From positions 1-52,603 of IMG/VR virus record IMGVR_UViG_3300017704_000980: a stretch of DNA of 52,603 bases; one strand, 5' to 3'. Source of the DNA: a virus (Duplodnaviria > Caudoviricetes). Every line of letters starts with the position of its first letter. Position 1 is the stretch's first letter. Positions 1 through 10,336 of the stretch are shown here, piece after piece. The notes beneath the pieces were generated by a model. It saw nothing but the letters and a program-made list of their open reading frames with translations. It did no database searches and had not been told where the DNA came from. Both the position numbers and the translations under genes were made by a program.

Positions 1-93
1 CTTCGCCTGGCCTTTAGATTTTGGGAGAAGAGCTTTCGCAGTTGATGATAACTTCCACGCTAATTTATCACCCAGCGCTTCCTATAGCTTCAT
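1..93 (-). pseudogene. 5' end of a leader-bearing ORF (MKL*EALGDKLAWK...) with an in-frame TAG at codon 4; runs off the window
   Basis: ATG at 93 after AGAGAG, TAG at 84-82, then 27 open codons to the window edge; start matches the MKLxEA leader family. Confidence 0.4.
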
Positions 94-102
94 AATTTCT
101 CT

Positions 103-444
103 CTAGTATTTGACAATCGCAAATGAAGTTCTTCCACCACCTTCATTCAAAGTAGTGATAGATCCTGGATCATAATCTTCCGATGCTTCACTGGCCAGAA
201 AAGCCTTACGGAATCTGATCATACCTTTAACACATGTGACTCTAAAGCCATTGGTGATCTCAGAAAATTCAGGGCCTTGAAGTGTATCATTTGCAATCTT
301 TTCTATAGCTGCGATGGACGAGACCTTCTCAACTTTAGGAGCTTCAACAACAGGTACTTGTTCTTCGGTAACTGGCTTGGGAGCCACCTCTTCTTTGACT
401 TCTACTTTCTTTTCGGTCTTCGGTGCTACAATATTCTTTGCCAT
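103..444 (-). CDS. hypothetical protein with Pro/Glu/Lys-rich N-terminus
   Basis: ORF with GGAGG SD, tightly packed after baseplate wedge gene. Confidence 0.7.
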   Translation of the reverse strand: MAKNIVAPKTEKKVEVKEEVAPKPVTEEQVPVVEAPKVEKVSSIAAIEKIANDTLQGPEFSEITNGFRVTCVKGMIRFRKAFLASEASEDYDPGSITTLNEGGGRTSFAIVKY

Positions 445-453
445 GGTTCCTCC

Positions 454-2259
454 TTAGACGGCTCTGCCGACGATATCATCGTTCAGGAACTTCACTTCCC
501 AAATAGAATTTTCTGGGAATGATACGATACCATTGTTAGTGTTTGAGGCTGGTTCGAATGCATAAGTCGAATAAGTCCTCCCATCAACAGTGCCTGTCCT
601 ATTAAATATCTTTAAGGAAGCCACTGATCTAATTTTGTCCGAGGCTTGGATGAGTGCTGAGATATCTGGTAGCACTATGGTATCATTGAAGTTCGAGTTG
701 GCTATGTCCAATTCATTCCTAAGGATGAATAGACCTTCCAATAGAGCTTCATTGATATTCACTCCAGGTTCAGGGACAACTGCGAATTCAACTCCAATGT
801 TGATGACATCGCCATCAGTCAGCTTAATGGAGTCAGAGAAACTCTTGAATTGTTTAAGGTATGTTTCGATGTTGTTCTTCAGTACCGCACCAGGAGCTGC
901 AAGATAACCATCTCCATCCTGACCAAGCAATAGGATTTCTACACCAAGGTTATTGGTTGGATCCTTTCTAGCAGATGATCTGAAGATCGTACCAAACTTA
1001 GGAGGCATAGACATAACCCTAACCTGATAATCCTGCAAGGTGGTCATACTAATCTTGGATGGAATGGATCCTATAGCATTGTATCTGATCTCATCAATTG
1101 TTTCCTTATCTTTACCACCACCGGCTGGTTCTGTATTGCTTACTGATAGTGAATTGATAATAGCATCTGTGACCGTACCTGATACCGATGTAATATTCGC
1201 TGTAGCAAATTCAGTGTTTACATCTCTCAATCTGGTAATTGTTCGCGAGCCAACATTTGTATCCAGTCCGCCACCATATCTATATGCGATAGCGAGATCA
1301 ACATTTCTTGGTGCGACACCAAGTGATTTCGTCCTTAGGAAATTTGATGAGTCAACATTTTGTGGTGTGAATCCAGAGACCGATCCTCTAAGTGAAGGAG
1401 GCAACACAAAGTCCTCTGGGTTAGGGATAATGTCTGCATCAGCCGAAACAAGAGTTCCACTGCCAAATCTAATTGATAACTTTGAATCAGGCTCAGGTTC
1501 AACAACAAATCTTCTTGGGACTCTAGTAACCACCAATACAAATGGTGTATCACCAGAAGTGCTTGTGGTATTGGGTTCACCTTTGAAAACCGTTTCCTGT
1601 GCCAAATAGTCCACTTGGAAATATTCATTTCCATCACTGGCTGAGATCGATACGATCTCTGTAATGTCTGCATCAGGAAGTTCTAGCTTTAGGAATGGAG
1701 TAGCTACAGTACCAGCTGAATAATTGAATACCTTCGATTGACCAGCAGCGGCAGAAACAGATGAGATTGATACTTCGACATTAGAGCCATCGGTGGTTAC
1801 TGTTCGATTGGTAGTTAATGAGAAGTCTACATCCTCAAGGATTTCAAAGCTCTGTTGTGGTTCAAAGTTTGTAACAGCTCTACTACCCTTCTTCAATGTG
1901 AATAGGGTTGAACCACTTGTCGAAGCTACCATTGTGGCTGACACGGAGAGGTTGACCACTGATGGTACTTCAAAGAACGGTTTGTAGCCATAGGCCTTAG
2001 ATAGGGCCATGACATTCTTCTCTTCAATAGCTCTGGTTATGAATGATTCATTGACCTGCCTATCAGTATAGAACGAAAGCATATCACCAATATAGGCAAT
2101 CAACTCTATAAGAGCCATACCTCCAGACGCTTCGTTGAAATCCTGGAAGTCATCTGGAAAGTTTCTCTTGACATAATCGATCAGATCGCCTTTGATCCCA
2201 TCGAAATCTCTATTGAGATAGTTGATCTCTCTTACTTGCTTTTCACTAATCAGTGGCAT
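454..2259 (-). CDS. baseplate wedge subunit (T4 gp6 / baseplate J-like)
   Basis: N-term INYLNRDF...DFNEASGG..LIELIAYIGDMLSFYTD..VNESF, GGxDxETIDEIR and TxxDY motifs typical of gp6-like proteins; adjacent to gp25-like gene. Confidence 0.85.
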   Translation of the reverse strand: MPLISEKQVREINYLNRDFDGIKGDLIDYVKRNFPDDFQDFNEASGGMALIELIAYIGDMLSFYTDRQVNESFITRAIEEKNVMALSKAYGYKPFFEVPSVVNLSVSATMVASTSGSTLFTLKKGSRAVTNFEPQQSFEILEDVDFSLTTNRTVTTDGSNVEVSISSVSAAAGQSKVFNYSAGTVATPFLKLELPDADITEIVSISASDGNEYFQVDYLAQETVFKGEPNTTSTSGDTPFVLVVTRVPRRFVVEPEPDSKLSIRFGSGTLVSADADIIPNPEDFVLPPSLRGSVSGFTPQNVDSSNFLRTKSLGVAPRNVDLAIAYRYGGGLDTNVGSRTITRLRDVNTEFATANITSVSGTVTDAIINSLSVSNTEPAGGGKDKETIDEIRYNAIGSIPSKISMTTLQDYQVRVMSMPPKFGTIFRSSARKDPTNNLGVEILLLGQDGDGYLAAPGAVLKNNIETYLKQFKSFSDSIKLTDGDVINIGVEFAVVPEPGVNINEALLEGLFILRNELDIANSNFNDTIVLPDISALIQASDKIRSVASLKIFNRTGTVDGRTYSTYAFEPASNTNNGIVSFPENSIWEVKFLNDDIVGRAV

Positions 2260-2268
2260 GTATATTCT

Positions 2269-3066
2269 CTATTTTACGATTGCTTTGAAAAAGTCCGTAA
2301 CCGAATTGTACTTCTCCTGTATCTTCATATCGATCAGGTTTTGCTGACTTATCATCAGAATCATCTTCGCTTCTATTACGACTTCATTACCATTGGCACG
2401 CCAGTCAATTTCATTCAAGCTTTTCGCGCCTTTTCTATAGTAACCATCAAGTGAATGTAGAAGATCTTCCTTGCTCCATACATCACCTTTACTTAAAGTG
2501 TATTGTGCACTATCTTCAGCTTCCTCTTCCCAAGATGCCTTATCACCTTCATACTCTTCATCGCTATATGGATGAAGCGACTTCCAATGATCTACATGAT
2601 CACGATATAATTCCTCGTAACTTTCACCGTTGATGTAATTATCTACACCACTATATAGACCACCAATCGTTAAATCACCATCATCTCGATTTGATGTCTG
2701 AAAATATTTAGCCTTATTATCAGGCAATAAGAAATAGGATTGAGGACCATAGGTTGAATGAATAGGTTTCCATGACCTAATCTTATCAACAGGCTTTGCA
2801 AAAACCGCTTGGTGTCTTGAGGCCACTTTTGGATAATGCTTTGCTCTAAAATCTTCTATGTAGTCTATTATCTCAGGGTCAGAATTCCTTGGCTCCCTTG
2901 GTGGTTGCTTCATTAGTAGATGAGTTATGGTCTTTACTCTAGCAGTACCATGAGTTAATGCGTGACCCTTAAGTAAATGCTTTACAGCATTACTAAATTC
3001 TGGATAGTTGATTTCCTTGACCAACTTATCCATGTCACGTTGGTTATATGCTTCACGTAATTGCAT
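2269..3066 (-). CDS. putative ADP-ribosyltransferase-fold-like virion protein with MQLREA leader
   Basis: pattern LTHG..REPRNS..SRHQAVFA..YG..YFLLP..GNEVVI resembles ART-fold phage proteins; recognised by eye only. Confidence 0.45.
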   Translation of the reverse strand: MQLREAYNQRDMDKLVKEINYPEFSNAVKHLLKGHALTHGTARVKTITHLLMKQPPREPRNSDPEIIDYIEDFRAKHYPKVASRHQAVFAKPVDKIRSWKPIHSTYGPQSYFLLPDNKAKYFQTSNRDDGDLTIGGLYSGVDNYINGESYEELYRDHVDHWKSLHPYSDEEYEGDKASWEEEAEDSAQYTLSKGDVWSKEDLLHSLDGYYRKGAKSLNEIDWRANGNEVVIEAKMILMISQQNLIDMKIQEKYNSVTDFFKAIVK

Positions 3067-3068
3067 GA

Positions 3069-3473
3069 CTATCCGTTGATGTTCAGCTGAACCGAATCAC
3101 CCAAAGCCTCGGCATTGGTAAGTACGTAGTCCATGTTTATCTGTAACTGATTGGTTTTTACATTGGGATCATCTCGCTCTGTCAACAGATCGATCGATAC
3201 CAGTTTGACATGAGGCATCCATGTAGCCAAAGCTACATCGATCTCAGCTTTGATTCTCACTTTCATCTCAACGTTATCGATATTATTGAATAACTCACCA
3301 GCAAACACAGAAATGTCCGTCCCGATATCAGGATTGACTACACGCTCACCTTTTCTTGTGAGCAGCAACGTCTTTATGTCTTCCCTTACTGCAGCTAGGG
3401 TATCTTGATTTGATTCAAAGAAACCCTTTCTAAATGCCCTAAGGGGAAATTTCAGGTTGATCCCGCGTGCCAT
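3069..3473 (-). CDS. baseplate gp25-like protein (GPW/gp25 family)
   Basis: GINLKFP...DIKTLLLTRKGERVVNPDIGT...WMPHV signature. Confidence 0.9.
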   Translation of the reverse strand: MARGINLKFPLRAFRKGFFESNQDTLAAVREDIKTLLLTRKGERVVNPDIGTDISVFAGELFNNIDNVEMKVRIKAEIDVALATWMPHVKLVSIDLLTERDDPNVKTNQLQINMDYVLTNAEALGDSVQLNING

Positions 3474-3474
3474 A

Positions 3475-4686
3475 CTAGTTCAACAACTGGTTTGAGCTCA
3501 GGTGATCATCGAGCTTCGTTGTTATTTCATCGAACTCTCTATTGATGTCGGCTATAGAAGAGATCAATTCTCTATTTTCCATACCAACAGCGATGGTATG
3601 TGTTGGTTGGTCAGCCACCGAGATCGTAACCGTCCTGGTAACCGTACCACCTTTTGTAGGAACATCAATAATATCCGACTGCGTAAAACCATTGACAATA
3701 TGCGTGTGGGCCAAAAGGATTTGGGCTATACTTTTAACAGTATCGTTGCTATCCTTCAGGATACCTATCAACCCGGTAAAGAATTCATTGAGCTCATTCC
3801 CGAGTACTGCGTTCGATAGCACTTCACCAGAACCTTCACCTTTGGTTATATTAACTATCCTTTGGGCCACACTTACAATATGATTGAGTTTTTCTTCGGC
3901 TACTGGTTGGCCGGTTGAATAATACTCTGAAGGACCAATTGCTGCATCTTTACCAGAGTCAGGGAGTGGTAGGCTTGTAATTTCAGACAGCTTTGTATTA
4001 GCTGCATGGATGGTCTTAGTTTGCAAATTACCAAGAGTAGCAGATGCATCGTTAATCGAATACCTTCGGCCCTCTTTAATACCAAACTCTAATACACCCC
4101 CGCCCGTCACCTTATTATAGGTATGACGAATAAACGTATTTGTACGACCTTGCTGAACAACATCTCCAGGATTCAAAGGTATTGTATAGTTTGGTAGCGC
4201 CGATCCTGGACCTGGTACAGCTATATTCTTTACATCGAATGGGAAACCATATTTTGTCTGTGGTGTTTCAGCCTGCGACCATGATCTTGCAAGAACTTTA
4301 TTTAGCGGTGTCGAATCATTAACTCGACCTATCCAAAATCCTGCAGCAGCCTTTACTTGGAACTCTCTCATTATCCAAACTTCTTCACCAATTTCTGGTA
4401 GTGAAATTGTATGAATCGGTAGGAGTGGTGCAAACCAAGACATTCCAGATTCTGTACTTGGAGATATAGAGCTTAGATCTTCACCAATTATCTTTGCCTG
4501 GATACTATATGGTGGAGCAACCGGTTCTGACCCTGTCGCATCAACCACATCTTTTATTGCAGTGACGATACCTCTGACAATAACTGGTGTACTTTGCTCA
4601 TTAGCAGACCAGCCTTGGGTCGCACCAAAACTCTCAAGAACTCGGTTCCCCGGATTGAATACCTGGCTTATTTGATTCTTCCCCAT
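3475..4686 (-). CDS. baseplate central spike / hub protein (gp5 OB-fold-like N-terminus)
   Basis: PLLP..SLPEIGEEVWI OB-fold motif, GDVVQQGR, AVLGNEL and C-terminal HTH (AHTH) spike-tip motif; next to gp25. Confidence 0.65.
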   Translation of the reverse strand: MGKNQISQVFNPGNRVLESFGATQGWSANEQSTPVIVRGIVTAIKDVVDATGSEPVAPPYSIQAKIIGEDLSSISPSTESGMSWFAPLLPIHTISLPEIGEEVWIMREFQVKAAAGFWIGRVNDSTPLNKVLARSWSQAETPQTKYGFPFDVKNIAVPGPGSALPNYTIPLNPGDVVQQGRTNTFIRHTYNKVTGGGVLEFGIKEGRRYSINDASATLGNLQTKTIHAANTKLSEITSLPLPDSGKDAAIGPSEYYSTGQPVAEEKLNHIVSVAQRIVNITKGEGSGEVLSNAVLGNELNEFFTGLIGILKDSNDTVKSIAQILLAHTHIVNGFTQSDIIDVPTKGGTVTRTVTISVADQPTHTIAVGMENRELISSIADINREFDEITTKLDDHLSSNQLLN

Positions 4687-4879
4687 CCGATTCCTCTAGC
4701 TCCTTAATGGTAAACCCTCTACTTTTCAATTCCTCTTCCAGGACCTGTATCTCTTTGCGTTTTTGTGCTATCTCTAATAACGGCTTTTCAATTTCCGTTA
4801 GAAGGATATCCAACACATTGAGTAGTGATACATATCTTGTAGAGATATCTTCATCAGGTACACTTTCTAATTCACTCAT
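4634..4879 (-). CDS. small coiled-coil hypothetical protein
   Basis: ATG overlaps stop of upstream sigma-like gene; heptad-like sequence. Confidence 0.6.
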   Translation of the reverse strand: MSELESVPDEDISTRYVSLLNVLDILLTEIEKPLLEIAQKRKEIQVLEEELKSRGFTIKELEESDGEESNKPGIQSGEPSS

Positions 4880-5550
4880 TCAATATGCTCTCTTTTTGTT
4901 TCTACATATAGGAACCTTAGTTTACCTATTGCCCGAGTGATCTTTCTAGCAGGTAGATCAGTGGCATTCTTGATGTAGACATACAGTTCCTTCTTGTTAT
5001 AAATATCGAGAATCTCATAGTTTTTAAGGATATCGACCACTATTGCTATAACTGAGATGTCATCATCATTGAAATCTGGATGAGATTTAATCTCTGAGAA
5101 TCTATCAATCAAAAAGTCGATGAAATCCTTTAGATTATCATCGACTTTCTTTTGCTTGTGTATATCAATACTAGTCCCATTCATGATAACTTCTTTGTTC
5201 TCATCATCAATATGGACCAGTCTCTTTGTTTTTGTAGACTGTTGAATCAACCAATTTTTCGATACAGTACCAAAGTATGAATACGCCTTCTTACCTTTTT
5301 CAGGATCGAAACGATCGATTTTATCATACAGGTGAATCATCAATTCATGCTGTGTATATGGAAAATCAGGTAACGTTCGATTGAAGTTGTATGTGAAGAA
5401 GATGTTTTCAGATAATTTTGAGAACGCCGGTTGAATGACATCAGTAAATAATTGGTGCCTTAAACTTTCATCCTCAGAGATGATGAAGTCTCTTATAGCA
5501 TCTTCCTCCTTCATACCCCAGTACATATTTTTTCGTGTCTTACCCATCAT
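4876..5550 (-). CDS. late-transcription sigma factor (T4 gp55-like)
   Basis: KLSENI...FDPEKGKKAYSYFGTVSKNWL matches sigma region 2 of gp55-like proteins; AGGAG SD. Confidence 0.65.
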   Translation of the reverse strand: MMGKTRKNMYWGMKEEDAIRDFIISEDESLRHQLFTDVIQPAFSKLSENIFFTYNFNRTLPDFPYTQHELMIHLYDKIDRFDPEKGKKAYSYFGTVSKNWLIQQSTKTKRLVHIDDENKEVIMNGTSIDIHKQKKVDDNLKDFIDFLIDRFSEIKSHPDFNDDDISVIAIVVDILKNYEILDIYNKKELYVYIKNATDLPARKITRAIGKLRFLYVETKREHIE

Positions 5551-5618
5551 AACTCCTTAGCTTAAAAAGACAAAACCCCTCTTAATTTTGCAATAAGCCA
5601 AAGAGCTAGCTTTTTAAA

Positions 5619-7805
5619 CTATGTGTTTGAAGTTTGTCTGATATCCGGTTCTATAAGTACACATTCAAGGACAGTGTTATAACTATCGGCATTGATAGAT
5701 TCCTGGACTCCTACAGTCATATAGATACCTTGAAGGTTTGGAATAAGGCCTGTTACACGAATAAGATTGAAGACATTCATACCTACTGTACCATGAATTG
5801 TAATTGAGGTTCTCTTCATATAGTAACCAAACAATTGACCAAATACAGCAGATTCTCTATGTACAGCTCTAAGTACTTTTTGATAATATGAAGGATCAGA
5901 GCTAATGAATCTAGAGATTTCAGATGCATCAACTGTAACATTAGTATCAGATGCTTTTTCTCTCTTACTTATGAAACCGGCCAATTCTTCAGACAGACCT
6001 ATTGTAGTGATGAATTCTTGGGATAAATCAACCTTGCGCCCTGTGGCCGTTGACATTGGTAGTTGATATACAGTTCCTGCATTAGGATCAACCTTACCAT
6101 TCATATCTATACTTTCGCATAGCGAATTTTTATCACCGAATTTGATATCAAAGAAAAGACCTGAATGAATAGATGCGCTATTAATTCTCTGTATAAGACC
6201 ACCCAGATCGATAGTAGCCACAAATATTTCTATAGCATTGTCAACCATTCGTGTCTCTATTTTCATTCCTGGAATGATATGAGTATTATCATCTATCATT
6301 TCTCTAATAACACGCAACAGAGGTGTAGTACCAACTTTATCTGTAAGTATGTCTTCTACAACCGATGCATCGACAGGCACATTAAAGACATTTTCCAATG
6401 TACCATTTGTTCTAATATTGGTTTGAACATCAGCAACGCCTTCGGTTTTAAGATTGTTGATAGTACTAGTGAATATGTCATTGATGGTTCTTTCATTCAC
6501 TCTTCTATAGATGAAACTAATCTCTTCTGTATCTGCATCATTATCTTCTTTAATGGATTCCTTAATAGCTTCAAGAACATAACCCAAATAGAAGAACGAA
6601 TAATGATCATCCACAATTGGTTCGGCCGCACCCGGTGAAACAACTGTTGTCTGTCCAGGGTCTGTCTTAGCTTCCAATGCAACCAGCCGTCTAGTAAGAC
6701 CATCAATCCTTTCCTGAGTTAGATCATCTGCAGGAAGACCTTTGCCACTAAGCTTGACTTCCTCTTCACTAATCTGTGCTTTTAAGGATTCTATTTCAGC
6801 CTGGTTTGGATCTACTACAGTATCTGTAACTTCATCACCATCTGGAGTAGTTGATGTGTCTGGTTGTCTAGTTCTGGATATCTTTATACCAATATCGTCT
6901 GGCAATTCAATAGGTCTACCCGCTTCAGTTCTAAAGTTAGTCCCTTGTCTTGCTAACACTCTACGCTTGACCCTAGTTATATCTAGCCGATTGCCTCCAA
7001 CCGAAGGCCCAACAAATTCTGGTTTTTGCGATTCGAATATGCCAAGCTTCTTCTTTACCAAATCAGATATACTACCAAGTCTTTTGGTTGTAAGCAAAGT
7101 ATTATTTGCGGCGAAGAAAGTTAAATTTGCATCGAGGTGTCCATTCTCATCAAATGAATAACTAAAGCCACCCATTCTAACTAGAGCAGATTTCCAAAAG
7201 CCGCTATGAACATCTTCAAGATCTACATCTAAAGTTTTTGGTATAGGGTTGCTAGAATTATGTATTGCTTCAATAGGCATTGGAGCAGGATTCTCTACAC
7301 CAAAGGTAGATCCATCAGCAGTACCCCAACCCCATCTAATAATAAAAAGTGTATTAAACATCGATAACCTTTGCAATTCAAGTCTGCTATCGAAATCTGC
7401 AGGATCTGTTATTGTAAGCTTTACATTGTAAGTGGTGTTCATTGATTCACGGGTACCTCGTGTAATCTCCATTGTCTGAAGACCAACACCTCCGCGATAA
7501 CTTGGTTTGGTAGAAAGCTGTGGTGTAAACTTAGCTATGTTGGCACCGTAAACGGTTTCACGTGGAGCGATAGTTTCAGTAGGATCATTTCTCACATTAA
7601 TCCTAAACAAACTACCTTTCCATGTATTGTAAGCACCGGAATTGTTATTGAAATCTTGAAATTCAGTAAGATCCTTACCTCTGAATACAGCCATCATGTC
7701 TAAAAATGGAACCAAGCTTGATAGCTGAAGTGAAGATGAATTCAGCTTTCTATTCCATCCCGATACAACATCAACATCTAATTCATTGGGTGAGTTTTCA
7801 GCCAT
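5619..7805 (-). CDS. putative baseplate hub protein
   Basis: C-terminal SITIHGTVG..F..IRVTG....GIYM..GV.ESI pattern typical of hub/late-control-D folds; position between LysM and spike genes. Confidence 0.5.
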   Translation of the reverse strand: MAENSPNELDVDVVSGWNRKLNSSSLQLSSLVPFLDMMAVFRGKDLTEFQDFNNNSGAYNTWKGSLFRINVRNDPTETIAPRETVYGANIAKFTPQLSTKPSYRGGVGLQTMEITRGTRESMNTTYNVKLTITDPADFDSRLELQRLSMFNTLFIIRWGWGTADGSTFGVENPAPMPIEAIHNSSNPIPKTLDVDLEDVHSGFWKSALVRMGGFSYSFDENGHLDANLTFFAANNTLLTTKRLGSISDLVKKKLGIFESQKPEFVGPSVGGNRLDITRVKRRVLARQGTNFRTEAGRPIELPDDIGIKISRTRQPDTSTTPDGDEVTDTVVDPNQAEIESLKAQISEEEVKLSGKGLPADDLTQERIDGLTRRLVALEAKTDPGQTTVVSPGAAEPIVDDHYSFFYLGYVLEAIKESIKEDNDADTEEISFIYRRVNERTINDIFTSTINNLKTEGVADVQTNIRTNGTLENVFNVPVDASVVEDILTDKVGTTPLLRVIREMIDDNTHIIPGMKIETRMVDNAIEIFVATIDLGGLIQRINSASIHSGLFFDIKFGDKNSLCESIDMNGKVDPNAGTVYQLPMSTATGRKVDLSQEFITTIGLSEELAGFISKREKASDTNVTVDASEISRFISSDPSYYQKVLRAVHRESAVFGQLFGYYMKRTSITIHGTVGMNVFNLIRVTGLIPNLQGIYMTVGVQESINADSYNTVLECVLIEPDIRQTSNT

Positions 7806-8131
7806 TAGTCCTTATCATCCTGTTTTTGCTTTATGACATTTTGTATAACCGATATGTCTGTAGGTATCCTCAGAGTTGTACCTGGAAGTACTGCATTACC
7901 AAGGGGCAGATGTATATTATTCATCAAACAGATCGCCCACCAATATCTACCATCGCCAAGATATTTTGAAGCGAGGGCATCCAACCTATCACCATCAGAA
8001 AACGTTATGGTGATATCGTTATCGCTCTCTATATCACTAGCTTCTACAGGTGGGAATGTTGCCATTCTATTGATCGATGATTCTGGATCATCGACCTGAC
8101 CTAACATTGCGTACCTTGATATAGCTACCAT
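7805..8131 (-). CDS. LysM / tail-X (gp53-like) baseplate protein
   Basis: GDRLDALASKYLGDGRYWWAICLMN...PGTTLRIP LysM signature. Confidence 0.85.
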   Translation of the reverse strand: MVAISRYAMLGQVDDPESSINRMATFPPVEASDIESDNDITITFSDGDRLDALASKYLGDGRYWWAICLMNNIHLPLGNAVLPGTTLRIPTDISVIQNVIKQKQDDKD

Positions 8132-10327
8132 TTATCCCTTCCTTGTTAATACCTTAGCGTAAGATTCACCAGGAGCGCCATCAGCAACTCTATCTCCTGG
8201 CACCTGGATAAGTCTATTATATGCTGACGCATCACCAGGTTCACCTTCCTTAGTTGCTGTCGATGTTCCATTGATACCGGCTTCCAATCCCCAATAGAAA
8301 TTGAAATCCCTATCTGGTAGAGCTGCATGAATAACCTGAACCGATAGTGATACCTCTACTGCCTGGATCATTCTTAGGCCTCGGGTGATTTCCCATTTAC
8401 CACCAGGGCCCATATAGTCCCAATTGTATCCAAGATTCCTTATGAATCCAGGGACTCTTTGAAACTGATCACCAATCGTAACCCTAATAAGTGGTCCTTC
8501 GTTTATTCTACTAACTTGAGTGGTTGCATTGAAATCATATGAACCATAGGTTTGCTGTGCAAGCCAATTAACTCTTTCATATAGTTGCTGCAATTGTCTA
8601 GCTGAAGATGCAAAACAAACGAATCTAAGATCCAGGACTCTGTTGGTATTTCGATAAGTATGAATCTCTTCAGTTCTACCAAAGAAAGCTTTGGATGACC
8701 AATTGGGATTGTATGTTTCGTTGATCGAAGCCAATGCGGCCTGTAAGAAGCAATACTGTTTTACTCTATCCGAACCGCCTCTGTTTTCAGTCTCCATCAT
8801 AAATGGGAAGAATTGATTTTCAGATAGGCCAATAGATTCCATTGCCTCTGCATCGATACCAAGGCGGGCGGCAGTATCGGCGATCGAATCTCTATATGGT
8901 GAACGATAGTTTAGATTCGATTGAATAACAGCTGGGTTGAATTGAGTCGAATCGGCATCGATGTTATCTGTAAATCCGCGATCTTGTCTTTCTAAATTAT
9001 ATTGAGTTTCATCATTATTAAAGTTATGTACTCTTCTAGCACGTGGGTTAATATTGCCTCTAGAATTCATCTCTGGCTCCTCTAGTGCGGTCAACCCTAC
9101 GCCTGCAATAATACCTTCACCTAGTGTCCTTGACCCAGGTGCTTTCGCTCTATTACCGTCAGAAGCCTTGCCATAGAGCCGTTTAAACGTATCTCCTTCA
9201 TCACCTGGGCGGAGGAGGTTCTGACCGAGTAGTTGGTCAAGAGAATACTTTCTTGGAGCGGGCTGAGGTGTTCTATTGAAGCCAGGTTTGAAATCGATGT
9301 CCGCTATAAGAGCATTGATCTTATCCAGTTCATTCGTGAAATTTTGAAATGACATACCACCTCTTCTGAAACTACTTGTCAGCTGTGATAGATTCTGCTG
9401 TGCCAATCTTCTTGCACCAGGTGATCCTAAAATCTGACCCAAGATTTGTCCTCGTCGGGCTGCTGTTTCAATCTGATCTGTATTAGGCGCATTATAACCA
9501 GAACCATTAGCATCCATCTGTTCTTTTACATAGTTGTTACGATGAGTATACTTATGACCCTTAGGTATATTGGTACTGAATAGGAAACTGAAAGCCGATT
9601 CAATCCTTGATGTATTATTGGTAGCATGAAGACCTTGATTAATATTGTTCTCTTGTTCATTGCGAAACTTTCTTTCAAGATTTTCATCTGGGCCTCTGCC
9701 TTGACGGTCACGGCCTTGAGCTCGACGTCTTGCTGATTGAGCCACACCAACCCTACCATCATAATTTATCCATCTATCCATAATGGCTTTAGGGCTATGC
9801 TGTTCACCGTTGATAACGTCAGCTAACTGGAAGAACGTATTGTAATCGATCGTACCTTCCTCTACTTGCTTAAGTAATCTTTCAAGTGCCGCTGTTGAAA
9901 TTTCTGCCTGGCTCTTGCCTTGATATTGATTGGCACCAAAATTGGCGTTGCCAGTGGTAGGTGATATATTACTAGCAGCCAATCTAGTTTCCAGATCTAT
10001 ACCTGGAGCTTCGGGTCCTGGAGTGCCTTTCTTTTCGTCATGCTCTTCCCATAAGTCAGCCAAAGCTCGGACTATTTTTCGTTCACCGTTAATAACATCG
10101 GCGAGTCTAAAGAAGGTATTGAAGTCAATAGTATTAGCTTCAACCTTTTTCATCAATTGCTCGAGTGCAGCAGCAACAACCTCTGAGCGTGTGATCCCGG
10201 TGTATTGATTGGAAGCGAAATTACTATTACCAGCAAATGGTAATAGATCATTCCTGCTTATGGCATCAGTATATGCCGCAAGGATATTCTTTCCTTTGAC
10301 GTCTAATGTTTCTCTAAATGTTGCCAT
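8132..10327 (-). CDS. putative tail-tube initiator / baseplate protein with duplicated N-terminal domain
   Basis: C-term INETYNPNWS..FFGRTE.IHTY.NT.R.L.L.F and P.IRVTIGD pattern of tube-initiator proteins; follows tape measure. Confidence 0.55.
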   Translation of the reverse strand: MATFRETLDVKGKNILAAYTDAISRNDLLPFAGNSNFASNQYTGITRSEVVAAALEQLMKKVEANTIDFNTFFRLADVINGERKIVRALADLWEEHDEKKGTPGPEAPGIDLETRLAASNISPTTGNANFGANQYQGKSQAEISTAALERLLKQVEEGTIDYNTFFQLADVINGEQHSPKAIMDRWINYDGRVGVAQSARRRAQGRDRQGRGPDENLERKFRNEQENNINQGLHATNNTSRIESAFSFLFSTNIPKGHKYTHRNNYVKEQMDANGSGYNAPNTDQIETAARRGQILGQILGSPGARRLAQQNLSQLTSSFRRGGMSFQNFTNELDKINALIADIDFKPGFNRTPQPAPRKYSLDQLLGQNLLRPGDEGDTFKRLYGKASDGNRAKAPGSRTLGEGIIAGVGLTALEEPEMNSRGNINPRARRVHNFNNDETQYNLERQDRGFTDNIDADSTQFNPAVIQSNLNYRSPYRDSIADTAARLGIDAEAMESIGLSENQFFPFMMETENRGGSDRVKQYCFLQAALASINETYNPNWSSKAFFGRTEEIHTYRNTNRVLDLRFVCFASSARQLQQLYERVNWLAQQTYGSYDFNATTQVSRINEGPLIRVTIGDQFQRVPGFIRNLGYNWDYMGPGGKWEITRGLRMIQAVEVSLSVQVIHAALPDRDFNFYWGLEAGINGTSTATKEGEPGDASAYNRLIQVPGDRVADGAPGESYAKVLTRKG

Positions 10328-10336
10328 AGTTATCTC

